A DNA stretch of 39,989 nucleotides. Source: Bacteroidales bacterium UBA1458 (GTDB lineage: Bacteria; Bacteroidota; Bacteroidia; Bacteroidales; VadinHA17). The translations under genes and the position numbers were made by a program. Positions within the stretch are counted from its first letter, which is position 1, and every line of letters starts with the position of its first letter. The notes under the pieces are model-generated. The model was not told the DNA's origin, ran no database searches, and saw only the letters and a list, made by a program, of their open reading frames with translations. The DNA is taken from positions 7,738-47,726 of the forward strand of contig DCSU01000143.1 in NCBI GenBank assembly GCA_002325785.1. Reading direction: 5' to 3'. Below are positions 27,540 to 37,041 of the stretch, in pieces.

Positions 27540-28346
27540 ATGGAAGCCAGGAACCGCCCAATAGGCGTATTTGACTCAGGTGTTGGGGGCCTCACGGTGG
27601 CACATGCCATCAGGCAGACCCTGCCGGGTGAACGCATTATCTACTTCGGAGATACAGCTCACCTGCCATACGGCGATAAGTCGGAGGAGGCAATCAGAAG
27701 CTACTCGAGGCGCATAACGGAGTTCCTGATCGGGTACGACGCCAAGCTGGTTCTCATAGCGTGCAACTCCGCCTCGGCCTCGGCCTATGAAAGCCTCCTT
27801 GAGGAGTTTGGCGACAGGATACTAATCCTCGATGTGATCAACCCGGTGGTTGAATATGTCTCAGCCCGCAATTACGGGAAGCTTGGCGTCATCGGGACCA
27901 AGCGGACAATCAGCTCAGGCACCTATGAGAAGAAGATTCACCAGGCCGCTCCGTCAACCTCTGTGGTATCTCTGGCCACCCCGCTGCTTGTTCCAATGAT
28001 TGAGGAGGGTTTCATCTTTGATGACATCAGCAACGCCATTATACGTACTTATCTTTCAGACAGCAGGTTGCAGCAGCTTAACGCACTGATACTGGGATGC
28101 ACTCATTACCCCATCATCCGCAACCAGATAAGCAAGTTCTTTAACTTTGACGTTGAGGTGGTTGACTCTGCGCGCATCGTGGCATCCAGGCTGAAGGAGA
28201 CACTCATCAGGCATGATCTGGTCAACACCGGCGGCACCGGTGAGGATCTCTTTTTCGTTTCTGACTACACCGAATATTTCGAGAAGATCGCCAGGATGTT
28301 CTTCGAAAGCACCATCAACCTTCAGAAGGCTGACATCTGGTCATGA
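27540..28346 (+). CDS. murI: glutamate racemase
   Basis: IGVFDSGVGGLTV, ACNSASA and LGCTHYP are the two catalytic-Cys motifs and the N-terminal signature. Confidence 0.95.
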   Translation: MEARNRPIGVFDSGVGGLTVAHAIRQTLPGERIIYFGDTAHLPYGDKSEEAIRSYSRRITEFLIGYDAKLVLIACNSASASAYESLLEEFGDRILILDVINPVVEYVSARNYGKLGVIGTKRTISSGTYEKKIHQAAPSTSVVSLATPLLVPMIEEGFIFDDISNAIIRTYLSDSRLQQLNALILGCTHYPIIRNQISKFFNFDVEVVDSARIVASRLKETLIRHDLVNTGGTGEDLFFVSDYTEYFEKIARMFFESTINLQKADIWS

Positions 28347-28587
28347 TACCGGTACGGTAACCATGGGTCGTGGAACAGCTCCGGCAACCTTGCGGCTTGA
28401 AACAGCTCTGGTAACCATGCAACGCCACTCTCCGGTGCCCGGATATCTGCCTGCTGATAAATCATTTAACCGGCCATGACAAACATGACCAAAATCATAC
28501 AGTAATACCAGTGTATTACTGAACTTAGCTTCATCAAACAGGTGATTATTTTAAAGTACTAATCAAAACAAATACGTGACTAACATC

Positions 28588-30432
28588 ATGGGAAAAAGAT
28601 CAAAGGTCATTGAGAGAGATACGGTGGTAATCAAGTTCTCCGGCGACTCCGGCGACGGCATGCAGCTTACCGGCACCCTCTTCTCCAATACGTCTGCCCT
28701 GTTCGGACATGACATTTCCACCTTCCCCGATTACCCGGCAGAGATAAGGGCTCCGCAGGGTACCGTTGGAGGCGTCTCCGGCTTCCAGGTACATATTGGT
28801 CATAAGCTGGTCAACACACCCGGCGACTTTGCCGATGTCCTCGTGGCGATGAATCCCGCTGCCATTCGTGCCAACGCACGCTGGCTCAGGAAGGGCTCAA
28901 CCATTATATATGACTCCGATAACTTCACGGAAAAGCATATACAGCGTGCAGGCTACAAGGAAGATCCCTTCAAGGAAGACAAGCTTGATGACATGAATCT
29001 CATCGGTGCACCCATCAGCTCACTTGTGAAGGAGGCACTCAAGGGGATGGATATTGACCCCAAGTCAGTTCTCAGGACCAAGAATATGTTTGCCCTAGGC
29101 ATGGTCTATTGGCTATTCGACAGCAAACTCAAATACACCGAAGACTTTATTGAGGACAAGTTCGGCAAGAAGCCCCTGGTGGCAGAAGCCAACAGCAAGG
29201 TTCTGAGGGCCGGTTACTACTATGCCGAAACCATTGAGGCGCTCACACCTTCATACCATGTCAGTCCGGCTCCTATAGCCAAAGGAACCTACCGCAACAT
29301 CAACGGCAACCAGGCAATCTCATGGGGACTGCTCGCCGCCGCCGAGAAGGCTGGTCTCAAGCTCTTCATAGGCTCATACCCCATCACCCCCGCCACCGGT
29401 ATTCTTGAGGAGCTGGCTCTGCGGAAAGACCTGGGTGTTAAGAGCCTGCAGGCTGAGGATGAGATTGCCGGTATCTGCACAGCCATTGGCGCCAGCTTCA
29501 CCGGCCGCCTTGCCGTCACATCAACCTCCGGACCGGGCCTCGCACTCAAGTCCGAGGCCCTGAACCTGGCAGTGATGACGGAACTGCCGCTTGTGGTGAT
29601 AGACGTGCAGAGAGGAGGCCCCTCAACCGGACTCCCTACCAAGACCGAGCAGTCCGACCTCTGGCAAGCCCTCTACGGCCGTAACGGCGAAAGCCCCGTG
29701 CCGGTGATAGCTGCAGGCACACCATGTGACTGCTTTACCTTTGCATTCCAGGCAGCGAAGATAGCCGTGGAATATATGACGCCGGTAATACTTCTTTCCG
29801 ACAGCTACCTGGCTAACGGCTCCGAGCCATGGAAGATTCCTTCAATGAAGGATATGCCTTCCATTACCGTCCCGTGGGCCGTCAAGACTGACAAAGATTA
29901 CCTGCCTTACGAAAGAGACCCGAAAAACCTCGCCCGCAAGTGGGCAGTACCCGGAACACCGGGCCTCGAACATCGCATCGGCGGACTCGAGAAGACCATC
30001 AAGGGCAGCGTCTCATACACTCCCGAGAACCATGAGTATATGGTTAAAATGCGCGATGAAAAAGTTGAACGTGTCGTAAACGATGTGCCTGACCTTCAGG
30101 TCCTCGGAAAGAAAACCGGCGAGCTTCTCGTCATAGGCTGGGGCAGCACATACGGGCCAATCTATACCGCAGTCAGCGAACTGCAGGATGAGGGATTTAA
30201 TGTATCGGCAGCACACTTTAACTATATCAGACCCCTGCCAAAAAACACCGCGAAGGTGTTCAAAGCTTATAAGAAGCTGGTTGTCTGTGAACTCAACACC
30301 GGGCAGTTCGCCAACTACCTGCGGATGAAACACCAGAAGTTCGACTATCATCAGTATAACAAGATACAGGGACTTCCATTCACCATAGGAGAGATTAAAG
30401 ATTATTGTAAAAAATTGCTGGAGGGTAAATAA
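28588..30432 (+). CDS. korA: 2-oxoacid:acceptor (ferredoxin) oxidoreductase subunit alpha (fused gamma+alpha domains)
   Basis: About 614 aa. The N-terminal gamma-like domain (KFSGDSGDGMQLTG...FPDYPAEIRAP) is followed by the alpha domain (GSYPITPAT...SGPGLALK). The ORF-track start at 28576 is GTG and the ATG is at 28588. Confidence 0.9.
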   Translation: MGKRSKVIERDTVVIKFSGDSGDGMQLTGTLFSNTSALFGHDISTFPDYPAEIRAPQGTVGGVSGFQVHIGHKLVNTPGDFADVLVAMNPAAIRANARWLRKGSTIIYDSDNFTEKHIQRAGYKEDPFKEDKLDDMNLIGAPISSLVKEALKGMDIDPKSVLRTKNMFALGMVYWLFDSKLKYTEDFIEDKFGKKPLVAEANSKVLRAGYYYAETIEALTPSYHVSPAPIAKGTYRNINGNQAISWGLLAAAEKAGLKLFIGSYPITPATGILEELALRKDLGVKSLQAEDEIAGICTAIGASFTGRLAVTSTSGPGLALKSEALNLAVMTELPLVVIDVQRGGPSTGLPTKTEQSDLWQALYGRNGESPVPVIAAGTPCDCFTFAFQAAKIAVEYMTPVILLSDSYLANGSEPWKIPSMKDMPSITVPWAVKTDKDYLPYERDPKNLARKWAVPGTPGLEHRIGGLEKTIKGSVSYTPENHEYMVKMRDEKVERVVNDVPDLQVLGKKTGELLVIGWGSTYGPIYTAVSELQDEGFNVSAAHFNYIRPLPKNTAKVFKAYKKLVVCELNTGQFANYLRMKHQKFDYHQYNKIQGLPFTIGEIKDYCKKLLEGK

Positions 30433-30433
30433 C

Positions 30434-31456
30434 ATGGCTGAAACAAGTAACAACCACTACGTTGCAAAGGACTTCAAGAGCGACCAGGAAGTAAGATGGT
30501 GTCCGGGCTGCGGTGACCACGGGATACTCTCCTCACTGCAGAAAACACTCGCTGAACTGGATATTCCCAAGGAAAAATATGTATTCGTCTCAGGCATAGG
30601 ATGCTCGTCGCGCCTGCCCTATTATATGAATACATACGGTTTCCATGGCATCCACGGCAGGGCTGCCGCCATTGCCACAGGGGTAAAGATTGCCAACCCT
30701 GACCTCATGGTCTGGGAGATGACCGGTGACGGAGACGCGCTGGCAATTGGCGGTAACCACTACATCCATGCGATAAGGCGCAACATAGACATCAAGATAA
30801 TCCTCTTCAACAATGAGATATACGGACTCACCAAAGGTCAGTATTCTCCTACATCGAAGAAGGGTCTGGTTACAAAAACTTCGCCTTACGGAACCATTGA
30901 AGAGGCCTTTAAGATAGGCGAACTGACCATTGGCGCCAACGGACGCTTCTTTGCCCGCACGGTCGACTATAACCTGGCGCTCTCCAACGAGGTCTATAAG
31001 GAGGCTGCAGCTTTCCACGGCACGGCTGTGGTGGAGGTTATCCAGAACTGCGTCATCTTCAATGACGGAGCCCATGATGCCATCACCAACAAGGAGACAA
31101 GGGATGACAATACCATTGTGCTGCATCACGGCCAGCCGATGATCTTCGGCAAAAACCGCGACAAGGGCATCATCCTGGTGAACCTCAAATTGAAGGTAGT
31201 CAGACTGGGTGAAGGAGGCATTACGGAGAAGGACCTGCTTGTTCATGATGCCCATGAACCTAATCCCGGAATCCACTACAGGCTTGCCGGCATGACCTAT
31301 CCGGAATATCCGGTGGCCCTGGGCGTAATCAGGGCTATCAACGCCCAGACTTATGACGGAGCCATGCTTGAACAGCACGAAAAGGTGCAGGCATCATCAA
31401 AAATAAAGTCTGTTGATGACCTGCTGATGAGCGGATCAACCTGGACGGTAAAGTAA
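30434..31456 (+). CDS. korB: 2-oxoacid:ferredoxin oxidoreductase subunit beta (TPP-binding)
   Basis: WCPGCGDHGIL and the TPP motif GDGD..AIGGNH. Its start is 1 nt after the korA stop. Confidence 0.9.
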   Translation: MAETSNNHYVAKDFKSDQEVRWCPGCGDHGILSSLQKTLAELDIPKEKYVFVSGIGCSSRLPYYMNTYGFHGIHGRAAAIATGVKIANPDLMVWEMTGDGDALAIGGNHYIHAIRRNIDIKIILFNNEIYGLTKGQYSPTSKKGLVTKTSPYGTIEEAFKIGELTIGANGRFFARTVDYNLALSNEVYKEAAAFHGTAVVEVIQNCVIFNDGAHDAITNKETRDDNTIVLHHGQPMIFGKNRDKGIILVNLKLKVVRLGEGGITEKDLLVHDAHEPNPGIHYRLAGMTYPEYPVALGVIRAINAQTYDGAMLEQHEKVQASSKIKSVDDLLMSGSTWTVK

Positions 31457-31501
31457 ACGGAGCATTGCCCGTCCCGGGCTAACTATCTTAATCTATTTTA
31501 C

Positions 31502-31509
31502 TAATTTTG
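31502..31509 (+). promoter_or_regulatory. -7 promoter box (TAATTTTG) for the 1152-aa gene
   Basis: TAnnTTTG match 26 nt upstream of ATG 31535. Confidence 0.4.
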
Positions 31510-31534
31510 GCACCAGAAATTATCTGACGCCTGA

Positions 31535-34500
31535 ATGACTGAAGAACCTGATACCGGAAACGGTTTCGTACGTGATATTCATGACCAGCAGGAACGCCTG
31601 AAGGAACTGGCTTGTATTAACCGGACCACACAGATCCTCAAGGAGAGAAAACCCCTTGAGGAGACCCTCATTCACCTCGTTCTGATGCTCCCCGGAGCAT
31701 GGCAATACCCTGATTATACAACCGCACGCATAAGGTACCAGGACAGGTCATTTGAGTCGCCGGGGTTCGTTGAGACAAACTGGAAACTGATCCAGGAATT
31801 TACCACCATCGAGGGTAAAGGCACCGTTGAGATATACTACACACGTGAGTTCCTCAGTGATTACGAAGGCCCCTTCTTGAAGGAGGAGCGTGATCTGATA
31901 AAGAATTTTTCAGGACTGGTGACCGGGTACATTAACAGCCTGGTGGCAACAGAATCCGAGCTCACGCCTGATGACGGCTCAGACGATTTGGAGGATATTA
32001 AAAGCCTGTCAAGCCGTAAGCTGCTGCAGAAGTTTCTTGACCGGCATAATGCCGAGAGAGATGTTTTTCATGACCTTATGCCATTCATGGTCAGGGAGAT
32101 ATTACTTGTTGCCAGCCTATATGACGCCTATTCTATCGAGGGCGAAGGCCGTTTCTCCGATCATATGCTTGGCGAATATTACCAGATGAGTCTTACCACT
32201 CTCCCCAGGATAACAGGCGTTTCGGGTGAGGATGAAGCCTTCTCACGCCTCGGGGTACGCCACTATGACATGATCATCATAATGGTGGGGGTAGACAAGA
32301 GCAATCCCATGAGCCTCTGCCGCAAGATAAAGGATAAATACCCCTATATCCCTACATTCCTTCTCCTCAATAACCCCGGTGACATTCCCTTCGTTCAGGA
32401 ACAGAAGATGCTTGGCGTCCCCTTTGACAACTACTTCGTCTGGACAGGCGAATCAAAGGTCTTCTTCGCCATGGCAAAGCTGCTTGAAGACCAGGTAAAT
32501 GTGGAGAACGATACCAGGAAGGGTCTGACGGGGGTCATACTCATCATTGAGGATTCAGCAGACTACTACTCCACCTACGTGCCGATGCTCTACACCCTGG
32601 TGCTGGAACAGACCCGTATCCTCATTGAAGACGTCTCTTCTGACGAGCTCTATAAGGTCCTCAAACTCAGGGCACGGCCCAAGATCCTCCTTGCAACCAC
32701 ATGGGAGGAGGCAATGTCAATCTATGCCAAATACAAGGACAGGCTCCTCGGGGTGATCTCTGACATGCGGTTCCCGCGAAACGGGGTTCTCAATGACAAG
32801 GCCGGTTTCGATCTTATCAGCCACATACGCGGGGAACAGGCAAACCTGCCTACACTGCTGCAGTCGTCAGACCCCGGCAATGCCGTCTATGCAGCTCAGC
32901 TCAAGGCGAGCTTCATAAACAAGAACTCCGAAACCCTGCTTCAGGACCTTAAATCGTTCATTACATACTACCTCGGGTTCGGCCATTTTGTCTACCGTGA
33001 CACCAAGGGCAGACAGATAGCCGTGGCCAAGTCGATGAAGGAGTTCGAGGCTTTCCTCAAGACGGTTCCCGAAGACTCGCTGGTCTACCACGCCATGAAG
33101 AACAGCTTCTCACTCTGGCTTATGGCCAGGGGAGAGGTGAAGATAGCCAAGATCATCAACCCCGTTAAGATATCTGATTTTCGCAGCCTGAAGGAGATGC
33201 GCCAGTTTCTCATTGACGTCATCCGCAAGCGGAGGAGGGAGATGAACAAGGGTAAGGTGGTAAATTTTGATGAGTCCGTGATGATTGATGAGTCCAATGT
33301 GGTCAGCCTTGCCGGCGGATCACTCGGAGGCAAGGGCCGTGGCCTGGCATTCGTCAGCACACTGATACACAGTTTTGAACTCGGGCGCCTGCTGCCCGGC
33401 ATTAATATCAAGACACCCGTCACAGCTATCATCGGCACTGACGAGTTTGACCACTTCATGGAAAGCAACCATATGTGGGAGGTGGTGAACAGGGAGAAGG
33501 ATTTTGGCGAGCTGCAGAGACAGTTCCTGGCAGGCAGCCTCAGCAGCGCCCTGGAGCACAAGCTCAGGGTCTTCATCAGGCTCTATAGCCAGCCCCTGGC
33601 GGTGCGTTCATCGAGTCTCTTCGAGGACTCACTCAGCCAACCATTCTCCGGCGTGTTCGGCACATACCTTCTGCCCAATAACCACCCCGATCCGGAGGTG
33701 AGGCTCAGGCAGCTTATCGGGGCCATCAAGCTTGTGTTCTCTTCAATATATTCAGATAACTCACGCATCTATTTCGAAGCCATAAACTATAAGATCGAAC
33801 AGGAGAAGATGGCTGTGGTGATACAGGCTGTAGTGGGTAAGAGGTATGATGATATCTTCTATCCTCATATCAGCGGGACGGCTCAGTCATTCAACTTCTA
33901 TCCCGTAGCCAACATGACGCCTCATGACGGTTTTTCCGTGGCGGCGGTAGGTCTGGGTCAGTACGTGCTTGACGGCGAGAGGGCCTTCAGGTTCTCACCC
34001 TCATTTCCGGCCCTGGACATTGTGTCAATAGATGACCTGATTCGTTATTCTCAGGTCGAATTCTACGCAATCAACCTGGGGAGGAACGACATTGATCTCC
34101 TGCAGGGAGAGAATGCCGGCCTGGTGAAGCTTGACATCAGCAGGGCCGAGTCTGACGGCGTCCTTAAACATTGCGCCTCGGTTTTCAGCATGGACAATGA
34201 CACAGTCTCACCGGGGCTTGATGTGGCCGGACCCCGGGTGATCAACTTTGCAAACATCCTCAAGTATGATTATATCCCACTGGCCCCAACGCTTAAGAAG
34301 GTTCTTGAAGTGGTCAGGGAGGCTTTCGGAGCTCCTGTTGAGATTGAGTTTGCCGTCGATCTCACCAGGGATGAAAATGACAGGGCATCGTTCTATCTGT
34401 TGCAGATAAAACCTCTGGTTGGCAGCGGCGCCGGATATGCCATTGACCCTGAGACAGTCTACACTGATGACATGCTGCTGGTCTCCAGGAAAAGCATGGG

Positions 34501-34993
34501 CAACGGCCTGGTCAGTGATATCACCGATATCATTTATGTTGAACCGGAGAAGTTCGATAACCTGAAGACCAATGAGATGGCTGAAGAGATTGATGCCATC
34601 AACAGGAAGATGATGGCAGAGGGCAGAAAATATGTTCTGATAGGCCCCGGCCGGTGGGGCACCAAGGACAGGTTCCTGGGCATACCGGTTGCATGGCCCC
34701 AGATATCCAATGCCAGGGTCATCGTTGAAGTCAGCCTGCCTGACTACCATGTTGATGCATCTCAGGGCTCTCACTTCTTTCACAATGTGACATCGATGAA
34801 TATTGGTTATTTCTCGGTCAACCAGTATACCGGAGACGGTACTATTCTATGGGACAGGCTGAGCAGGCAGAAGACCATAGCCAACGGAACCTGGTTCAGG
34901 CATATCAGGTTTGACGAGCCCCTGGTCATCAGGATGGATGGCAAGAAGGGTATGGCGGTGATATCAGTCAGCGCTGAGACGGAGACTCCTTAG
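31535..34993 (+). CDS. multidomain signalling protein: sensor-like N-terminus + degenerate receiver + receiver (REC) + PEP/pyruvate-binding (PPDK_N, ATP-grasp) domain
   Basis: 1152 aa. REC-like features are VILIIEDSADYY (nt ~32534-32570), an Asp in LGVISDMRFP (nt ~32762), LPTLLQSS and FINKNS. ATP-grasp/PPDK_N features are GGSLGGKGRGLAF (33311-33350), AVRSSSLFEDS (33601-33630) and VVIQAVVGK...ISGTAQSFN. I saw no GGxTSHAA swivel-His motif. Confidence 0.7.
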   Translation: MTEEPDTGNGFVRDIHDQQERLKELACINRTTQILKERKPLEETLIHLVLMLPGAWQYPDYTTARIRYQDRSFESPGFVETNWKLIQEFTTIEGKGTVEIYYTREFLSDYEGPFLKEERDLIKNFSGLVTGYINSLVATESELTPDDGSDDLEDIKSLSSRKLLQKFLDRHNAERDVFHDLMPFMVREILLVASLYDAYSIEGEGRFSDHMLGEYYQMSLTTLPRITGVSGEDEAFSRLGVRHYDMIIIMVGVDKSNPMSLCRKIKDKYPYIPTFLLLNNPGDIPFVQEQKMLGVPFDNYFVWTGESKVFFAMAKLLEDQVNVENDTRKGLTGVILIIEDSADYYSTYVPMLYTLVLEQTRILIEDVSSDELYKVLKLRARPKILLATTWEEAMSIYAKYKDRLLGVISDMRFPRNGVLNDKAGFDLISHIRGEQANLPTLLQSSDPGNAVYAAQLKASFINKNSETLLQDLKSFITYYLGFGHFVYRDTKGRQIAVAKSMKEFEAFLKTVPEDSLVYHAMKNSFSLWLMARGEVKIAKIINPVKISDFRSLKEMRQFLIDVIRKRRREMNKGKVVNFDESVMIDESNVVSLAGGSLGGKGRGLAFVSTLIHSFELGRLLPGINIKTPVTAIIGTDEFDHFMESNHMWEVVNREKDFGELQRQFLAGSLSSALEHKLRVFIRLYSQPLAVRSSSLFEDSLSQPFSGVFGTYLLPNNHPDPEVRLRQLIGAIKLVFSSIYSDNSRIYFEAINYKIEQEKMAVVIQAVVGKRYDDIFYPHISGTAQSFNFYPVANMTPHDGFSVAAVGLGQYVLDGERAFRFSPSFPALDIVSIDDLIRYSQVEFYAINLGRNDIDLLQGENAGLVKLDISRAESDGVLKHCASVFSMDNDTVSPGLDVAGPRVINFANILKYDYIPLAPTLKKVLEVVREAFGAPVEIEFAVDLTRDENDRASFYLLQIKPLVGSGAGYAIDPETVYTDDMLLVSRKSMGNGLVSDITDIIYVEPEKFDNLKTNEMAEEIDAINRKMMAEGRKYVLIGPGRWGTKDRFLGIPVAWPQISNARVIVEVSLPDYHVDASQGSHFFHNVTSMNIGYFSVNQYTGDGTILWDRLSRQKTIANGTWFRHIRFDEPLVIRMDGKKGMAVISVSAETETP

Positions 34994-35877
34994 GCACCGA
35001 CCGTCAGTGCTGATGTGGCGACTCCAGGGTTTATCTTTTTGATCAGTCCCTGCAGCACACTGCCCGGGCCGGCCTCGGTGAATGATGTAGCACCGTCAGC
35101 TATCATTCTTTCAACTGTCTGTGTCCATCGTACCGGCGAGGTGAGCTGGGCAACCAGGTTATCCATTATCTGTCCGGGGTCTGTCACCGGCATGGCTGTC
35201 ACGTTCTGGTAGACAGGGCACACCGGGCGGCTGAAGCGGGCTTTTCTGATGGCATCTTCCAGCTCCTCTCTTGCAGGCTCCATGCATGGTGAATGAAATC
35301 CTCCGCTGACGGAGAGCGGCACAATTCTCTTTGCCCCCCGCTGTTTCAGCTCCTCTGATGCCAGTCTTATGCCCTCAACGGTGCCGGAGATGACTATCTG
35401 TCCCGGGCTGTTGTAGTTTGCCGGCACCACCGTCTCCTTCAACGAAGCGCATACCTCCTCAACCAGCTCATCAGGCATGCCGAGCACGGCGGCCATGGTT
35501 GAAGGGTTGATGCCGCATGCTCTCTGCATGGCCGCCGCCCTGCCGGCGACGAGCGTCAGGCCGTCGTCAAACGAGAGGGCGCCGGCAGCCACTAAAGCGG
35601 AGAACTCTCCAAGCGAGTGGCCGGCAACCATGGCAGGAGCAAAATCACTGCCCGCGACAGCCGTGAGCACCACCGAGTGCAGGAAGATAGCCGGCTGGGT
35701 CACCCTCGTCTGACGCAGCTCCTCATCAGTGCCGGAAAACATGATGTCAGTTATACGGAAGCCAAGCAATCCGTTGGCCCTTTCAAATATCTCACGCGCT
35801 GCCGGGAATTTCTCATAAAGATCTTTTCCCATACCGGGGTATTGCGCTCCCTGTCCCGGGAATACATATGCCTTCAT
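34990..35877 (-). CDS. fabD: ACP S-malonyltransferase
   Basis: VFPGQGAQYPGMG, active-site GHSLGEFSAL, and VSGGFHS. Confidence 0.95.
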   Translation of the reverse strand: MKAYVFPGQGAQYPGMGKDLYEKFPAAREIFERANGLLGFRITDIMFSGTDEELRQTRVTQPAIFLHSVVLTAVAGSDFAPAMVAGHSLGEFSALVAAGALSFDDGLTLVAGRAAAMQRACGINPSTMAAVLGMPDELVEEVCASLKETVVPANYNSPGQIVISGTVEGIRLASEELKQRGAKRIVPLSVSGGFHSPCMEPAREELEDAIRKARFSRPVCPVYQNVTAMPVTDPGQIMDNLVAQLTSPVRWTQTVERMIADGATSFTEAGPGSVLQGLIKKINPGVATSALTVGA

Positions 35878-35909
35878 AAACCTTGTAAAAAAGGATAAGT
35901 GTGTTACTA

Positions 35910-36545
35910 TTAGTGCAGCCTGGTACCTATCAGATGTATGAACTCCTCACGGGTGTTGAGGTTCGAGAGGAAACATCCGGTGAAGGCTGAGGTGGTGGTG
36001 ACCGAGTTCTGCTTCTGCACACCTCGTATCTGCATGCACATGTGCTGCGCCTCAATGACCACCGCCACACCAAGCGGCTTAAGGTTATCCTGGATGCAGT
36101 TGCGTATCTGTGTCGTAAGCCTCTCCTGCACCTGCAGCCTGGCGGCGTAGGTCTCAACCACACGCGCTATCTTGCTCAGCCCTGTTATGCGCCCGTCAGG
36201 AATATAGGCCACGTGCGCCTTCCCGTGGAAGGGCAGCATGTGATGCTCACACATAGAGTAGATATCTATGTCTTTGACAAGAACCATCTGCCTGTACTCC
36301 TCCGTGAAGATGGCGCTCCGAAGAATCTCCTCGGGATCTGACTGGTAGCCCCTCGTCAGGAAACTTAGCGCCTTGGCAACCCTCTCGGGCGTCTTGAGCA
36401 ACCCCTCCCTGTCAGGATCCTCTCCCAGGAGCTTCAGAATATTGTAGTAATATCCGGAGATCTCTTTAATGACCTCAGGGTTCCATTTCTCGATCTTGTT
36501 GTATCCGTCTGACAGCCTTCCGCTACCATCATTAAGCTTTTCCAT
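35910..36545 (-). CDS. folE: GTP cyclohydrolase I
   Basis: [32 protein letters not shown] and HMCM..RGV are canonical FolE. ATG 36545 abuts the upstream stop at 36547, so the ORF-track extension to 36635 was rejected. Confidence 0.95.
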   Translation of the reverse strand: MEKLNDGSGRLSDGYNKIEKWNPEVIKEISGYYYNILKLLGEDPDREGLLKTPERVAKALSFLTRGYQSDPEEILRSAIFTEEYRQMVLVKDIDIYSMCEHHMLPFHGKAHVAYIPDGRITGLSKIARVVETYAARLQVQERLTTQIRNCIQDNLKPLGVAVVIEAQHMCMQIRGVQKQNSVTTTSAFTGCFLSNLNTREEFIHLIGTRLH

Positions 36546-36546
36546 A

Positions 36547-36957
36547 TTATCCGTAGTATTCAACGTAATTGTTTTCCGTCTCCTCAATCCTGACACAATG
36601 CAGTATGGCCCCCTCGGCCGCCAGCGGCGCCTCAAGCTCCTTCCAGATGGCTATCGCCAGGTTCTCCGTGGTGGCTACCCTGCCCGACATGAAGTCAGTC
36701 TCCAGGTTCATGTTTTTATGGTCAAGCTTGACCACAACCCTTTCGTTCATGATCTCCTTCAGCCGTGTGGCATTCATGAAGAACCCCGTCAGCGGATCCA
36801 TTTCGCCCTTCACCGTCACCTTGAGTTCGTAGTTGTGACCGTGCCACATCGGGTTAGAGCACTTACCGTAAATCCTCAGGTTCTCCTCATCACTGAGTCC
36901 GGGGCGGAACATCCTGTGTGCTGAACTGAACCGCTCTCTTCTTGTCAGGTAAATCAT
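36547..36957 (-). CDS. 6-pyruvoyl-tetrahydropterin synthase family protein (COG0720), animal PTPS-like C-x5-HGH type
   Basis: 136 aa. [53 protein letters not shown]...LDHKNMN closely follows my recollection of mammalian PTPS (FSASHRL..LSDEENLK.FGKCNNPNGHGHNYKV). Confidence 0.8.
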   Translation of the reverse strand: MIYLTRRERFSSAHRMFRPGLSDEENLRIYGKCSNPMWHGHNYELKVTVKGEMDPLTGFFMNATRLKEIMNERVVVKLDHKNMNLETDFMSGRVATTENLAIAIWKELEAPLAAEGAILHCVRIEETENNYVEYYG

Positions 36958-37041
36958 ACTGCTAAATTAATTAGATGACCGGAATGAGCACTATATTACT
37001 CAAAAAATATATATTTATCAGTCTAATATCTGACTTGACTG

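Noticed and set aside
28213-28479. An 88-aa + strand ORF running from the murI 3' end into the murI-korA spacer.
   Set aside because: It overlaps murI out of frame. Its apparent 9-aa periodicity only reflects the 27-nt DNA repeat. It has no start context or promoter, so I treat it as non-coding.
30590-31378. A 262-aa antisense ORF inside korB.
   Set aside because: It lies wholly inside a gene with unambiguous TPP-enzyme motifs on the other strand and has no motifs of its own. The same reasoning removes 30013..30453, 29289..29642, 34208..34783, 33085..33576, 37950..38486, 38293..38622, 36469..36924, 13339..13833, 12148..12606, 10875..11243, 9385..9807, 22640..22996 and 27148..27510.
36546-36635. 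The N-terminal extension of the folE ORF ([30 protein letters not shown]).
   Set aside because: It overlaps the 3' end of the upstream PTPS gene, and the internal ATG at 36545 abuts that gene's stop. Similar extensions were rejected for udk (18444..18515), bamA (23741..23875), the MORN lipoprotein (17177..17209), the thioesterase (16408..16473), ompH-2 (26950..26964), korA (28576..28587), the CBS gene (20011..20022) and the nitroreductase gene (39279..39296).
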